Shown: piece after piece, positions 36,300-48,015 of the stretch | How positions within the stretch are numbered: the first letter of the stretch is position 1 | Layout: every line of letters starts with the position of its first letter | From: Azolla caroliniana | Lineage: Eukaryota; Plantae; Polypodiophyta | Assembly (NCBI GenBank): GCA_043228905.1 | Contig: JBHGNT010000021.1 | Span: 6,076,001-6,140,000, forward strand | Reading direction: 5' to 3' | Length of the DNA: 64,000 bases | Program-made: the position numbers and the translations under genes | The notes under the pieces: generated by a model | What the model was told of the DNA's origin: nothing | What the model saw: the letters and a program-made list of their open reading frames with translations, nothing else | Database searches by the model: none

Positions 36300-38560
36300 C
36301 CTAAACTAAACATCCTAAACTAAAGTTTCTAAACAACCACTTAAGCCATGTTTATGGCTCATCTGGAGATGATGGCAAGATGCGGCCACAATTCTTGCAA
36401 CAATCAACATTCAAGTCCCTTGATCTAAAGGTCAAGGCATTAGAATGCAACCATTGAATCTTCTCTGCCGCACATATTGGCAACCGCCTCCTAGCTCAAC
36501 TCACACCTCTTTGCATTTTTCCCATGTGTGTTCTGGAAGCGTTTGGGGAGCTGCCAATAAGATCTTGTGAAATGTCAACTGATGCTCCTCTCCTCGCACC
36601 AATTTCTTGCTCCCGCCTTATGGATCCACCGTCTTCTTCATTGGTTGGTTTTGGTGCACCAACGTGATACACCACCATTGTCTCATTTCTGAAATGGACG
36701 CCATACATGCCAAAACTTTTGCACAGTCGAGGGATCATAACCCTTGCCTGAGACATTGAATAATTGCCTCGGTTGTTTGTAATTCCAACTCCCATTCCTC
36801 CATATCTTATGCGCATATGGGCCTCAACTGGTTCTACCTCTATCTCCACTTCTATTTCTGTGAAATGGTCATTGTGCATATGGGCCGCATGATCTATAAA
36901 AGGCAACGACCCACGAAGATGTGGCATGTGCCTCTCAATAATCATCCGAATGACAAGTATATGCTTACATTTACTCACAAGGTCTTGGCAATCACAATAT
37001 GAGTATTGAAGTGATACATTATACCATAGAGTGAGAGTTGTCAAGCTCAATATTTTAAACCAATATTGGGGCTCGTCCACAATATGCATTATCGCAATAT
37101 TAGTTTCATACCTCTCTGGTATCCTCTCGGCCTCATTAAGTCTTGACCTTTGATCCCTACAATTTGCACGGGGAGCAAATCTACCACTCTCACATATTTC
37201 TTGTCGTTGTTCGTCTGACGCAAGTGCCAGTTTCACTATCCCCGATTAAAACATGCACAAGATTGGTAATTGATCGATTTATTCTTCCTATCAAGACAGT
37301 ATATTTGATAAATTGCCAATGTTTCTCCACAATATTGGTAGTGTCAACATGTCCGTATTTGAACATTCTACCAAACTTGGGCCATAGTTTCCTCCACACA
37401 CATGTCAAGCCACACCATCCTCCTTCTATATATTGCCAAACACCTGGCTTGTTAGCGACGAGAATAAGTGCAAAAATATTTCTCGGCCACAACCGAGTCT
37501 TAGGATCAACCACATAAAAACAAAAATATGCAGGAATGCACTTATACACAAACAATATGAGAGAGAAAAGAGGGTACGCAATATGTTTACGTGGAAAACC
37601 CTAACAAGGGAAAAACCACAGGAGTCCACAAACTCCAACTATCACTATGTAAAGAATACAATAGGTAAACATAGAGGCAATGAACTCATGCTCACAATCT
37701 ACGCCTAGAGGCGGTTACAATAGAGAGTATCTCTATATCACTCTCTCTCTCTCTCTCTGTTACGCTCTGTACAGCAGTTACTCCAATAACTCTATAACAA
37801 AAATAATGACAACAACCCAAATACTATTTGCCCTAGGTCATATTTATACTAATATGACTTTTGGGCTATTTACAAATATAGCCCCAGTGGGCTCTCTGGA
37901 ACATATTTACATATATGTCCCTTCATCCAGTGAGAGGTTCTCACTAGGCCTGCAACATCCGGTTCTCACCGGGTCTTCCTTGCCGGGTACTCATCATCCG
38001 GTTCTTACCAGGCCTCCATCATCAAGTTCTCACCAGGCCTCCATTATCCAGTTCTCACCGGGCCTTCATCATCCCAACCAGAGGGATCGAAATCCTAACA
38101 ATTAGCATATTCTACCTTTAACTCCTCACATTGGGTATTGAATGCGGATTTTGTAATGCATTGCATGAGTTGGCACATACAGTTATAAAGATAGTTTCTC
38201 TTAGTTGCACTTACCTTTGGCAACTTTAATACCTGCCTTGTTTGCATATTCTACCTTTAACTCCTCACATTGGGTATTGAATGTGGATTCCGTAATGCAT
38301 TGCATGAGTTGGCACATACGGTGATAAAGATAGTTTCTCTCAGTTGCACTTATCTTTGGCAACAAGTTGTCCACCCATGCTTTTTTGGCGTACAACTGAC
38401 ACAACAAAAGGTGACAATGTGTTTGCGACCTTTTGTCATGGACATGACAATGGTCATGTCAATATTTGTACTCGTGACCTCTTTTGTTATAATCAAGTGT
38501 TATATGTTAACCAACATATCCAACATACAATCATGTAGATAATTGCTCCTTGCATTTTTT
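36300..38560 (-). pseudogene. Mutator-like (MULE) transposase remnant with SWIM zinc finger
   Basis: Minus-strand order LCQLYAKKAW (decayed CxxH) ... DTTNIVEKHW (TN..E) ... CDCQDLVSKCKH (SWIM). Split by a solo LTR and a ~138-bp duplication. Confidence 0.68.
37456..38100 (-). mobile_element. Solo LTR related to the LTRs of the intact copia at 40695
   Basis: Reverse complement starts TGTTAGGATTTCGATCCCTC and shares CATAGTGATAGTTGGAGTTTG, GGGTTTTCCACGTAAA and CTCGGTTGTGGCCGAG; flanks GTTAG/ATTAG. Confidence 0.85.
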
Positions 38561-38819
38561 AAGCTAGCATCATGTGCATAATAGCTCCCTTGTATTATTT
38601 ACACTTGGCACATGCATGCATACATACATGCTCTATTGTATCACATGCATGCAACAGGTATGCATACTTCTTCGTATAAATATTTGAGTTCACCTTGAAT
38701 GAATTCAAGGTGAACAACACCAGTTAATTATATTCTCTCTTTTGCGCTTGTCAATTGCGTCCTTGCTCCTGCCAATAACTTCTTGTGGTTCCGTTAAATT
38801 ACTTCTGTCTTTAATAGTT

Positions 38820-39575
38820 TGGTCATCGCGAGCCGAAATGGGCCCGGCCTTCATAATGAAGCACAAAGCCAATTCGATGGCGGTGAACACCTCAAGGTCA
38901 AACGAGGTGTGGTATGTGGACTCGGGCGCATCAAACCACATGACGAATCACAAGGAGTGGTTCTCGAAGAAGAAGGCAAGATCATCGCGCAAGGGCGCTG
39001 AGAAGGGAGGATGTTCATTCTCGAAACCAATGACGTCAGCACCGCTATGTTCGCCAAGGGGCAAAAAGTCAAATCAAACATCGACATGTGGCACAAGCGG
39101 TTCGACCACGTCAACTTCCTGCGGCTTCAGGAGATGCAAAACATAAACATCGTTTTCGGCTTGCTGAACTTCAGTGGCCGAAAGGGCCAAGTCTAGGAAG
39201 CCTGCTAGTTAGGGAAGCATCACCGACTTCCATTCCCAAATGAAAGAAATCAGAGCCAAACAAAGCTCGATTTAATCCATTCGAATGTATGGGGACCGGT
39301 GCAGAACGTGAGTATCAGTGGAAGTCATTACTTTCTAACCTTCATTGATGACTACACTCGGCACACTTGGGCATGCTTGATCGAGAAGAAAAGAAAAGTC
39401 TCGTCCTGCTTCTTGAAGGTGAAAAGCCTTGTCGAACGGGAGACATGCCAAAAGATCAAGTGCCTAAGGTCCGATTGTGGGAAAGAGTACTTTTCCGACC
39501 AATTCTCTAACTATCTGCAAAAGGAAGGAATTCGACGTGAATTCTCTTGTAGATACACGCCAAAGCAGAACGGCT
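38820..39575 (+). pseudogene. Copia PR-integrase fragment with internal deletion
   Basis: WYVDSGASNHM, MWHKRF, FIDDYTR, RSDCGKEY. Confidence 0.85.
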
Positions 39576-40417
39576 ATCATAGAATATGATTCTATCACAC
39601 ATAGTTAATGTGTAGAAATTAGTGATGACCCTTGACCTTTGAGTGCTTATAGATTCTCAAAAGGTGTGTTCATGCACTAGACTAGGTTGGGCTTGATTCT
39701 CAACACGTGCCCTTAAGCTCAACTTTGGTTGGCTTTCAGCTTTCGGCCTTCCTATGGTATCCATCTTAGCCGATGTCCGCTTCATATGGTGTTTGTTTCT
39801 CTCTTGTACTCCCCCTCAAGCTTGGCAAGTCATGGATTGTCAGTCCAAGTTCTAGCATGAATTACCGAAGCTTGTCGACTCCTAGGTCTTTCGTGAAGAT
39901 GTCGGTTGTTTGAAGATTTGTGTTGATGTGTTGAAGGTCGACATGTCCAACCTGAACACGCTCTCAGATAAAGTGATAGTGTACTTCGATATGCTTTCTG
40001 CGTGCGTGGAACACTAGGTTCCGAGCCAGATGAATATTGCTCATGTTACCACAGTAAAGGGGAATCGGATCCTTGATGGGAATGCCCAGATCCTTCAAGA
40101 TTCTCTTCAACCGAACGGCTTCACATGCAGCCACAGTTGCCCCTGTATTCGGCCTCTATGCTCGAAGGTGCGACAGTCGGCTGCTCCAAGAGATGGCTCC
40201 ACTTCTGACAAAGAAGACAAACCCTGAGGTTGATCGTCGATCAGCTCTGTAGCCTTCCCAACCGGCATCTATGTACCCTTTGAGTCGAATTAGCATTTCC
40301 ATCTTGTAGAGAATGCCACACTCCATTGTGCCGATCACGTATCATAATACTCGCTTAGTGTAATCCACGTGAATGTCACGTGGTTTTTGCATGATTTTGC
40401 CATAGACAGGATGCCAC

Positions 40418-40488
40418 ATGGATTGGTGGGGGTTGAACCCATGACCTTCTAGTCTTATTGGCAACCTTACCAGTTAAGCTACATCCAT
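40418..40488 (-). other. tRNA-like Pol III promoter cassette inside the solo LTR
   Basis: Minus strand reads ATGGATG-TAGCTTAACTGG-...-GGTCATGGGTTCAACCCCCA-CCAATCCAT: A box, B box and paired ends. Confidence 0.62.
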
Positions 40489-40762
40489 CTGTGCATTATT
40501 GCATTGTATAAGATTCAACTTATTTCATTATAGATTGATCACTAGAACTTTCAAGAACCTTCTAGAGAATGCATCTTCATGCACTCTCTAGAAGTTTCCA
40601 TGCACTCTCTAGAAGTCTTCTAGCTTTCATGCATACCTCCACATTCTTGTATACATACTAGGGTGCACCTTGATTACAATCAAGGTGAACATCATGTTGG
40701 GATTTCGGTCCCTCCGGATGGGATGTCCCCGGAGATAAATGACGGCAAGCCCGGTTGCGGTT

Positions 40763-40920
40763 ACGGAGCCGGATGATGAAGACCCCGGCTACGGAGCCGG
40801 ATGATGAAGACCCCGGCTACGGAGCCGGATGATGAAAACCCCGGTTACGGAGCCGGATGATGAAGACCCCGGCTACGGAGCCGGATGATGAAGACCCCGG
40901 CTACGGAGCCGGATGATGAA
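40763..40920 (+). repeat. 28-bp tandem repeat in LTR U3 (ACGGAGCCGGATGATGAAGACCCCGGCT, ~5.6 copies)
   Basis: Direct reading; ~1.6 copies in the 3' LTR and variant copies at ~59240-59362. Confidence 0.95.
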
Positions 40921-41409
40921 TGTACCCGGAGAGAGATCCGGATGCGGGGACATATTTGTGAATATGTTTGCCAAGGGCCCTTGAGGCTATATTTGTAAAT
41001 AGCCCGAAAGTCATATGTGTATAAATATGACTTAGGGCAAACAGTTTATGTTGTTGCTCAATTTTTTATGCGAAGTGAGAGCAGTCGAGAGACGAGGAGA
41101 GCGAGAGAGAGAGTCGAAGAGGTCGTTGCCTCTGTGTATTACCGCCGCCTGTGGCGAAGACAGTGAGCTCAAGGTTGTTGCCTTGTAGCTTCACCAGTGT
41201 ACATCTCTGTTCATAGTGATAGTTGGAGTTTGAGGACTCCCGTGGTTTTTCCCATTTAGGGTTTTCCACGTAAAACATCCAGTGTACCTTTCTCTCTATT
41301 GTCCTCGTGCACTTTGTATTTCCCGTTTTCTGTGAGTTGATCTTATTCCTCGGTTGTGGCCGAGCGCTGTTTTACAACAAGTGGTATCAGAGCGACGGTA
41401 ACACAGAAA

Positions 41410-44400
41410 ATGGAAGGCGGCGGTAGTGGGCCTCCGGGCATGATGGTGTTGAACTCACAGAACTACGCCGACTGGAAGATAAAGATGGAAGACCTTCTCA
41501 TCGTCCGAGACCTGTACGAACCGATCGACAATGCCAAGATACCCAAGGGGGTAATAGAGTCGGAGTGGAAGCTCCTGAACCGGAAAGCCGTAGCGACGAT
41601 CCGGCAATATGTCGATGTAAGTGTCCTGCAACATGTGGCGAACGATACGAACGCCTATGAGATGTGGAAGAAGCTGTCGGGCCTCTACGAGAGGAAGAAT
41701 GCGTTGAACCGGACCTCCCTGATGAGGAAGATAGTGAACCTCAAGTACCGGGACGGCGAGAATATGGTGGAACACGTGAGCACGTTCATGGGATTCGTGA
41801 ACCAGCTTGCGGCGATCAAGTTCCCGTTGGAGGATGCAATGCAAGCCATCATTCTGATGTGTACATTGCCGGAAAGCTGGGAGAACTTGGTCGTGACCCT
41901 CAGCACCTCCTGCACGGAAGCTAACTTGTCCCTACAAACGGTAAAGACAAGTATTTTGAACGAAGAAGCGCGTCGGAGAGATAAAGAACCGGCCTCCGAC
42001 TCAAAGGCGCTGCTTACCGAATCGGATCGGGGAAGACAATGGAACCGGAGTCCGCAAAGACGGGAGAAGTCGGGGACCCGGTCGCAGTCAAGAGGAAGGC
42101 CCACATGCTTCCACTGTGGGAAGCCGGGGCACTTCCGGAAGAATTGTCGGCATTACCGAAAGGACAACGGAGCCGACGACACCGATTCGAAGAAGTCACC
42201 GGAGAGAAACGGTGCATACCGGGGAGCCACGGACCGGAGATGTCCAGATCGGCGAGGGCAGGACCGGAAAGGAACGACGGCACTCGCGGCAAGTGAAGAA
42301 GAGATAATGCTCATTACCGAAGAGAAGGAGCTGAACCTTGCCGATGAAGAGATGACCTGGGTGGTCGATTCCGGAGCGTCGTTCCACCTGACCCCGGAGA
42401 AGAAATACTTCTCATCCTACACAGCCGGTGAGCACGGCTGTGTCCGGATGGGAAATGAAGGGACATGCCGGATTGCCGGCATAGGAGACGTGTGGCTGAT
42501 GACATCAACCGGATGCAAGATGCTGCTGAAGGATGTTCGACACGTTCCGGAGGTCCGATTGAACCTGATCTCGGCCGGGAGGCTAGATGATGAAGGCTAC
42601 ACGGGTAGCATCCGGAACGGTGTCATGAAGTTCAGCAAAGGGAGCCTGATAGTGGCTCGGGCCCGGAAGGTCAATACACTGTACCTGATGAATTCCCGGC
42701 TATGTCCGGAAGAGCTGAACGTGGCAGCCGACACTGCCGGTGAGCTGTGGCACAAGAGACTGTGCCACATGAGTGAGAAGGGGATGAAAAGGCTTGCCGA
42801 TGACAACCTGATACCGGTAAAGCACGTACACCTGGGGAAGTGTACCGACTGTCTGGCCGGTAAGCAAAACCGGACCTCCTTCCACTCAAGGCCACCAACG
42901 AGACGTAGCGCACCATTGGAGTTGGTACACACTGATGTGTGTCAAGTAGAAGCGAAGTCACATGGCGGAGCTCAGTACTTCGTAACATTCATAGATGCGC
43001 ATAGTCGGAAGCTGTGGACGGCACCGTTGAAGACAAAGGACCAAGTATTGTCTGTCTTCAAAGAACTCCACGCGAGAGTGGAAAGGGAATCCGGCAAGAA
43101 GCTGAAAGCGATACGAGCGGATAACGGAGGGGAATACCGGGGGCAGTTCCAAGAGTACTGTCGCTCGAAGGGAATCCGGCTCGAGTTTACTGTGCCGAAG
43201 ACGCCGGAACTGAACGGGCTGGCCGAGAGGATGAACCGGACCATAATGGAGAGGGTCCGGAGTATGCTAGCACATGCGAAATTACCCAAGGGATTTTGGG
43301 CTGAGGCAATGTCGACGGCGACATACGTGATAAACAGATCACCCTCAGTACCTTTGGACGGAGACACGCCGCAGAAAGTGTGGACCGGTAAGGAAGTGTC
43401 CTACCGGCATCTGAAGGTGTTCGGGTGTCTCGCATATGTGCATGTGGCAAAAGACCGGAGAGGAAAGCTAGATCCAAAGACCCGGCCATGCATATTCCTC
43501 GGTTACGACGACGACGAGTTCGGCTACCGAGTATGGGATCCGGTCGACAAGAAGATATTCAGGAGTCGTGATATCATCTTCATGGAGGACAAGACACTCG
43601 CCAACTGGGAGTCGGAGAAGAAGATGAAGAGCTCCAAGTCGACCGGTGAGAATCAACTCTACGAAGAGCAGTCCCGACCGGCAAGGGACCGGTTAGCACT
43701 CGAGGATCCGGCCGAAGACGGTGAAGAAACAGAACCGGCCGAGGAAGATGAAACAGATACCGGAACCGGCCCCGATCCCGAAATGGATTCGGATGAAGAA
43801 GAAACGGAAGAGCCGGTTACCGAAGCTCCGGAACGGAGATATCCTCTAAGAGAGAGAAGGGCCCCCCGGAGATTTCCGGAACCAGAACACGTGCTGCTAA
43901 CCGACGAGGGGGAGCCAGAGAGTTTTGAAGAAGCAAAGCTTGACACCCATAGCCGCAGGTGGTTAAGTGCCATGCAGGAGGAGATGGATTCCCTGCATGA
44001 GAACCACACATATGAACTTGTGGAGTTGCCGAAAGGAAAGCGGCCACTTCGAAACAAGTGGGTGTTCAAGCTGAAACCGGGAGATGCCAGAAACCCCCCG
44101 AGATACAAAGCCAGGATCGTGGTGAAGGGGTTCCAGCAGAAGAAGGGCGTCGACTTCGACGAAATATTTGCCCCGGTAGTAAAGATGACCTCCATCCGGA
44201 CGGTGCTGAGCATAGCGGCAAGCATGGACCTCGAGGTAGAACAGATGGACGTGAAGACGGCATTCCTTCACGGTGACCTCGAAGAAGAGATCTACATGCA
44301 GCAACCGGAAGGATTCGAGAAGAAAGGGAAGGAGCACCTGGTATGCCGGTTGAAGAAGAGCCTTTACGGACTGAAGCAGGCTCCCCGGCAATGGTACCGG

Positions 44401-45483
44401 AAGTTCGACTCCTTCATGACCGACGAAGGGTACCACAAAACGCAGTCCGATCACTGCGTGTTTGTGAAGAAGTTCGAAGGAGGAGACTCTCTAATACTCC
44501 TCCTGTACGTGGACGACATGTTGATCGTCGGACGGGACCAGGGCAAGATACGGATGCTGAAGAAAGCACTTCACCGAACCTTCTCAATGAAGGACCTGGG
44601 TCCGGCGAGGCAAATACTAGGGATACACATCATCCGAGACCGGAAGAAGAAGCAGTTGTGGCTGTCACAGGAGAAGTACGTAACAAAGGTACTTCACCGG
44701 TTCAACATGTCGGAAGCAAGACCGGTCGGATCAACCCTCCCGGCAAACTGCAAGCTGTCCAGCAAGCAAAGCCCCAAGACAAAGGCTGAGAAAGAGGACA
44801 TGATGAAAGTACCATATGCCTCTGCCGTCGGAAGCTTGATGTACGCAATGGTGTGTACAAGACCGGACATAGGATATGCAGTCGGAGTGGTGAGCCGGTA
44901 CATGAGCAATCCCGGCAAAGAACACTGGAACGCGGTCAAGTGGATACTGCGATACCTGAAGGGCACGGCAAACGTATGCCTCCGATTCGGCTCTGGTAAG
45001 CCCGAACTCGACGGCTTTACCGATTCGGATATGTCGGCTGATGCAGATACCAGCCGGTCCACATCAGGGTATGTGATGACGTATGCAGGGGGAGCTGTTT
45101 CGTGGCAGTCGAGGCTGCAGAAGACGGTTGCGTTGTCAACCACGGAGGCGGAGTACATGGCGGCTGTTGAAGCCGGCAAGGAAATGATATGGATGAAGGA
45201 CTTCATTAGAGAGCTCGGTATCCGGCAGGAGGAGTACCGACTCTACTGTGACAGTCAGAGTGCCATCCACCTTGCGAAGAACGCGGCCTATCACTCCCGG
45301 ACGAAGCACATCCAGCGAAGATATCACTGGATCCGGGAAAGGATAGAAGACCAGGAGTTCGTGTTGACGAAGATCCACACGGGCGAGAACGGCTCAGATA
45401 TGCTGACCAAAGTGCTCACACCCGACAAGTTGGAAGCATGCCGGAAGAGGATTGGATTGGAGAGACATCCCATGCCGAAGTGA
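41410..45483 (+). CDS. gag-pol: Copia Gag-Pol polyprotein (1357 aa from ATG 41410)
   Basis: CFHCGKPGHFRKNC, WVVDSGAS, WHKRLCH, HTDVC/RADNGGEY/AERMNR (DDE), QMDVKTAFL, LYVDDM, TEAEY, CDSQSA; no stops. Confidence 0.97.
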   Translation: MEGGGSGPPGMMVLNSQNYADWKIKMEDLLIVRDLYEPIDNAKIPKGVIESEWKLLNRKAVATIRQYVDVSVLQHVANDTNAYEMWKKLSGLYERKNALNRTSLMRKIVNLKYRDGENMVEHVSTFMGFVNQLAAIKFPLEDAMQAIILMCTLPESWENLVVTLSTSCTEANLSLQTVKTSILNEEARRRDKEPASDSKALLTESDRGRQWNRSPQRREKSGTRSQSRGRPTCFHCGKPGHFRKNCRHYRKDNGADDTDSKKSPERNGAYRGATDRRCPDRRGQDRKGTTALAASEEEIMLITEEKELNLADEEMTWVVDSGASFHLTPEKKYFSSYTAGEHGCVRMGNEGTCRIAGIGDVWLMTSTGCKMLLKDVRHVPEVRLNLISAGRLDDEGYTGSIRNGVMKFSKGSLIVARARKVNTLYLMNSRLCPEELNVAADTAGELWHKRLCHMSEKGMKRLADDNLIPVKHVHLGKCTDCLAGKQNRTSFHSRPPTRRSAPLELVHTDVCQVEAKSHGGAQYFVTFIDAHSRKLWTAPLKTKDQVLSVFKELHARVERESGKKLKAIRADNGGEYRGQFQEYCRSKGIRLEFTVPKTPELNGLAERMNRTIMERVRSMLAHAKLPKGFWAEAMSTATYVINRSPSVPLDGDTPQKVWTGKEVSYRHLKVFGCLAYVHVAKDRRGKLDPKTRPCIFLGYDDDEFGYRVWDPVDKKIFRSRDIIFMEDKTLANWESEKKMKSSKSTGENQLYEEQSRPARDRLALEDPAEDGEETEPAEEDETDTGTGPDPEMDSDEEETEEPVTEAPERRYPLRERRAPRRFPEPEHVLLTDEGEPESFEEAKLDTHSRRWLSAMQEEMDSLHENHTYELVELPKGKRPLRNKWVFKLKPGDARNPPRYKARIVVKGFQQKKGVDFDEIFAPVVKMTSIRTVLSIAASMDLEVEQMDVKTAFLHGDLEEEIYMQQPEGFEKKGKEHLVCRLKKSLYGLKQAPRQWYRKFDSFMTDEGYHKTQSDHCVFVKKFEGGDSLILLLYVDDMLIVGRDQGKIRMLKKALHRTFSMKDLGPARQILGIHIIRDRKKKQLWLSQEKYVTKVLHRFNMSEARPVGSTLPANCKLSSKQSPKTKAEKEDMMKVPYASAVGSLMYAMVCTRPDIGYAVGVVSRYMSNPGKEHWNAVKWILRYLKGTANVCLRFGSGKPELDGFTDSDMSADADTSRSTSGYVMTYAGGAVSWQSRLQKTVALSTTEAEYMAAVEAGKEMIWMKDFIRELGIRQEEYRLYCDSQSAIHLAKNAAYHSRTKHIQRRYHWIRERIEDQEFVLTKIHTGENGSDMLTKVLTPDKLEACRKRIGLERHPMPK

Positions 45484-47402
45484 AGGGGGAGTTTGTTGGG
45501 ATTTCGGTCCCTCCGGATGGGATGTCCCCGGAGATAAATGACGGCAACGGAGCCGGATGATGAAGACCCCGGCTACGGAGCCGGATGATGAATGTACCCG
45601 GAGAGAGATCCGGATGCGGGGACATATTTGTGAATATGTTTGCCAAGGGCCCTTGAGGCTATATTTGTAAATAGCCCGAAAGTCATATGTGTATAAATAT
45701 GACTTAGGGCAAACAGTTTATGTTGTTGCTCAATTTTTTATGCGAAGTGAGAGCAGCCGAGAGACGAGGAGAGCGAGAGAGAGAGTCGAAGAGGTCGTTG
45801 CCTCTGTGTATTACCGCCGCCTGTGGCGAAGACAGTGAGCTCAAGGTTGTTGCCTTGTAGCTTCACCAGTGTACATCTCTGTTCATAGTGATAGTTGGAG
45901 TTTGAGGACTCCCGTGGTTTTTCCCATTTAGGGTTTTCCACGTAAAACATCCAGTGTACCTTTCTCTCTATTGTCCTCGTGCACTTTGTATTTCCCGTTT
46001 TCTGTGAGTTGATCTTATTCCTCGGTTGTGGCCGAGCGCTGTTTTACAACACATCACCAGTTACGAAAGCATATACAGTTCTTGTTTATTTGTCTATTCT
46101 CTCTCTCTTGCTTGTTCTCTTGTCTAAGCTCTCTCTCCCGCTATCTCTTAATATTGAGCCTCGTCTACTTGTCCTTGACAATCTTGTGGTCTTGCTTATG
46201 CTCTCGATCTCTCTTAGTGCTTAGCCTCATTCCACCTGTTCGTGACAAAATTGGCCGAGGAGACCAACCAGGTAGCTAAGGTCGGAATGACTGATCGTGA
46301 GGTAGATGAGGTGCCCAATCAGTTGTCGATATTGAGTTGGCTCGCACTCTTTTGTGCCAGAGTCAGTATCTAGTTTCCGGTTTTGATCCAAAGGGGTTGC
46401 CACATATTTGCACCCAATCATCCCGAACTTGGATAACAAGTTGAGGATGTAGTGTCGTTGGGAGATCATAATGCCAGCTGGATTCTGAATTACTTCAATA
46501 CCTAGGAAGTAATGAAGCTCTTTCATGTTCGTCATCTCGAATTTGCTAGAGAGGAGGAACTTGACCTTTTTTATGTTGACTAGATGTTCAACTCCAATGA
46601 CCAGCTCATCCACATATAGGATGATGACAATCAGGATTCCAAAATTGCTTCTTACATAGACGGAGTTGTCAGATTTTGACATTCTAAAGTCGATTTGATG
46701 AAGATATTGTGTTATCTTTGAGTGCCAAGCACGTTATCGTGAAGAAAACCGGCCATAGGCGGAATCGGAGAGAAAGCGCGTGAACCGGCCCCTACACGGA
46801 TGGACGCGTGACTGTATACTTTGTACACGAACTGATGGATGTGACTACTAAGCCACACGCATTTATTAGAGGGGATTGTGCGTATCCCTGAGAGGGGACA
46901 AGGAATAAAAGGAAGAAGAGAAGAGAAAAATGATCATCGTGCGCGAGGGAGAAGGGAAGCGCTGCTGCAGAAGGGAAGCCGAGCTCTCTCTCTACTCCTC
47001 GAGCCGTCGTTCTCTATGGGTCTGTCGCCGCCTGTGGGAGTGCGTTGCCTCTGCTTCATGGACAGCCCGTGTGCTTCCAACAGAGTCGCTCCCTTTTCCC
47101 ATTGTTTCTTGGAGTCGGGTGACTGTCGTCGGTGTGCGTGAGTAGGGTCCCCGTGTCGGGTCCGTCGCCGCCACGTCGGTTGTAACTGTCAGGGATTGAA
47201 ATCTCTTGCCATTATTATTAAGTGTTACGATTCTATCTCTTTCCTTCTCGCTTTTCGTGTCGGTGAATCTCTCTCTGTCTCTCTCTCTCTCTCGCTCCTC
47301 GGTCCAAGACCCCCGTGGTCCCGCCCCTTTCCACATGTATGCGCGTAATAACGCGACATCTTTGGTGAACCCGACGTGAAGAGGCAACAAAGGAGTTGAA
47401 AG

Positions 47403-48015
47403 ATGAGGGTATCGGAGCTAGCGGAGGCAATGGCGATGGCTGTCAACCGGCTGGTGAGCGCTCGTGTGGGAACGGGTACCCTCGACAGAGCCATTGAATC
47501 GATCGTCGGCTCTATAGGCCATTTCGGAGGGAAAGACGCCACAAGTTATTTGGAGGCTTACCGGGCCGAAATGATCATGAGGGATATCCCGGTGAACAGG
47601 CAACTGTCCGGATTCCCTCGGGTGGAGACGTCGGGCATCCATGCGGAGGTGCTCGAGGTGTTGGCCGGATGCCAGACGTGGGAGGAGTTCGAGTTGCAAC
47701 TCCTCGAGAAGTACGGGTTTGACGACTCGCTCCAACTGTCGAGACGGGACATCATGGCATGGGTGGAAAGCCCCGAAAAAGGGAGGAACATGTCGGTGCT
47801 CCTCCAGGAGTTCGAAAAACGGTTTGCACGGTTGTCGACGCTGGACCGGACGATGCTCAAAACAAGTTGAGTGCTGTTGTTTGTCAAGTCGGTGGATGCG
47901 CTCGACAGGGAAAAGGTGGGTCCCCTACTGGAAACGGACGAAGGGCTCACGACGGATTGGGCCGTGGTAAACGGGTCTGCAGCCGTTTTGACAAACGGCG
48001 TGATTGGAGTGACGG
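47403..48015 (+). pseudogene. gag: Gypsy gag N-terminal part, truncated
   Basis: Similar to 21319-21876 (SYLEAYRAEM..RDIP). Confidence 0.85.

Larger units (their letters stand above)
40695..46051 (+). mobile_element. Intact, very young Ty1/copia retrotransposon
   Basis: LTRs 40695-41379 and 45494-46051; perfect TSD CATCA; PBS 41382-41393; PPT GAAGGGGGAG; single open gag-pol ORF. Confidence 0.98.
40398..46247 (+). mobile_element. Solo LTR (TGCCATAGACAGG...CCTGTTCGTGACA), itself split by the intact copia
   Basis: Imperfect 13-bp terminal inverted repeats; flanks GATTT/AAATT (both derivable from GAATT in the host RT sequence); halves 40398-40694 and 46052-46247. Confidence 0.72.
39576..46734 (-). 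mobile_element. Minus-strand copia fragment (RT 46248-46734, RNase H ~39790-40397, PPT, truncated 3' LTR 39576-39705), split by a nested solo LTR and copia
   Basis: ILYVDE, LHYFLGIEV, RRSTSG, TKHIEVHYHF-like sequence. The LTR piece resembles the start of LTR 14615. Confidence 0.82.

Noticed and set aside
36496-37555. Host SWIM zinc-finger gene
   Set aside because: Fragmented, interrupted by a solo LTR and accompanied by transposase motifs; ORF 37190-37555 is partly LTR sequence.
40763-40920. 28-bp repeats as a CRISPR array
   Set aside because: Units are head-to-tail with no unique spacers, lie inside an LTR, and have no cas genes nearby.
43659-45206. Antisense ORFs repeated in both young copia copies
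   Set aside because: Expected shadows of a GC-rich pol frame; the copies are too similar for their conservation to be informative.
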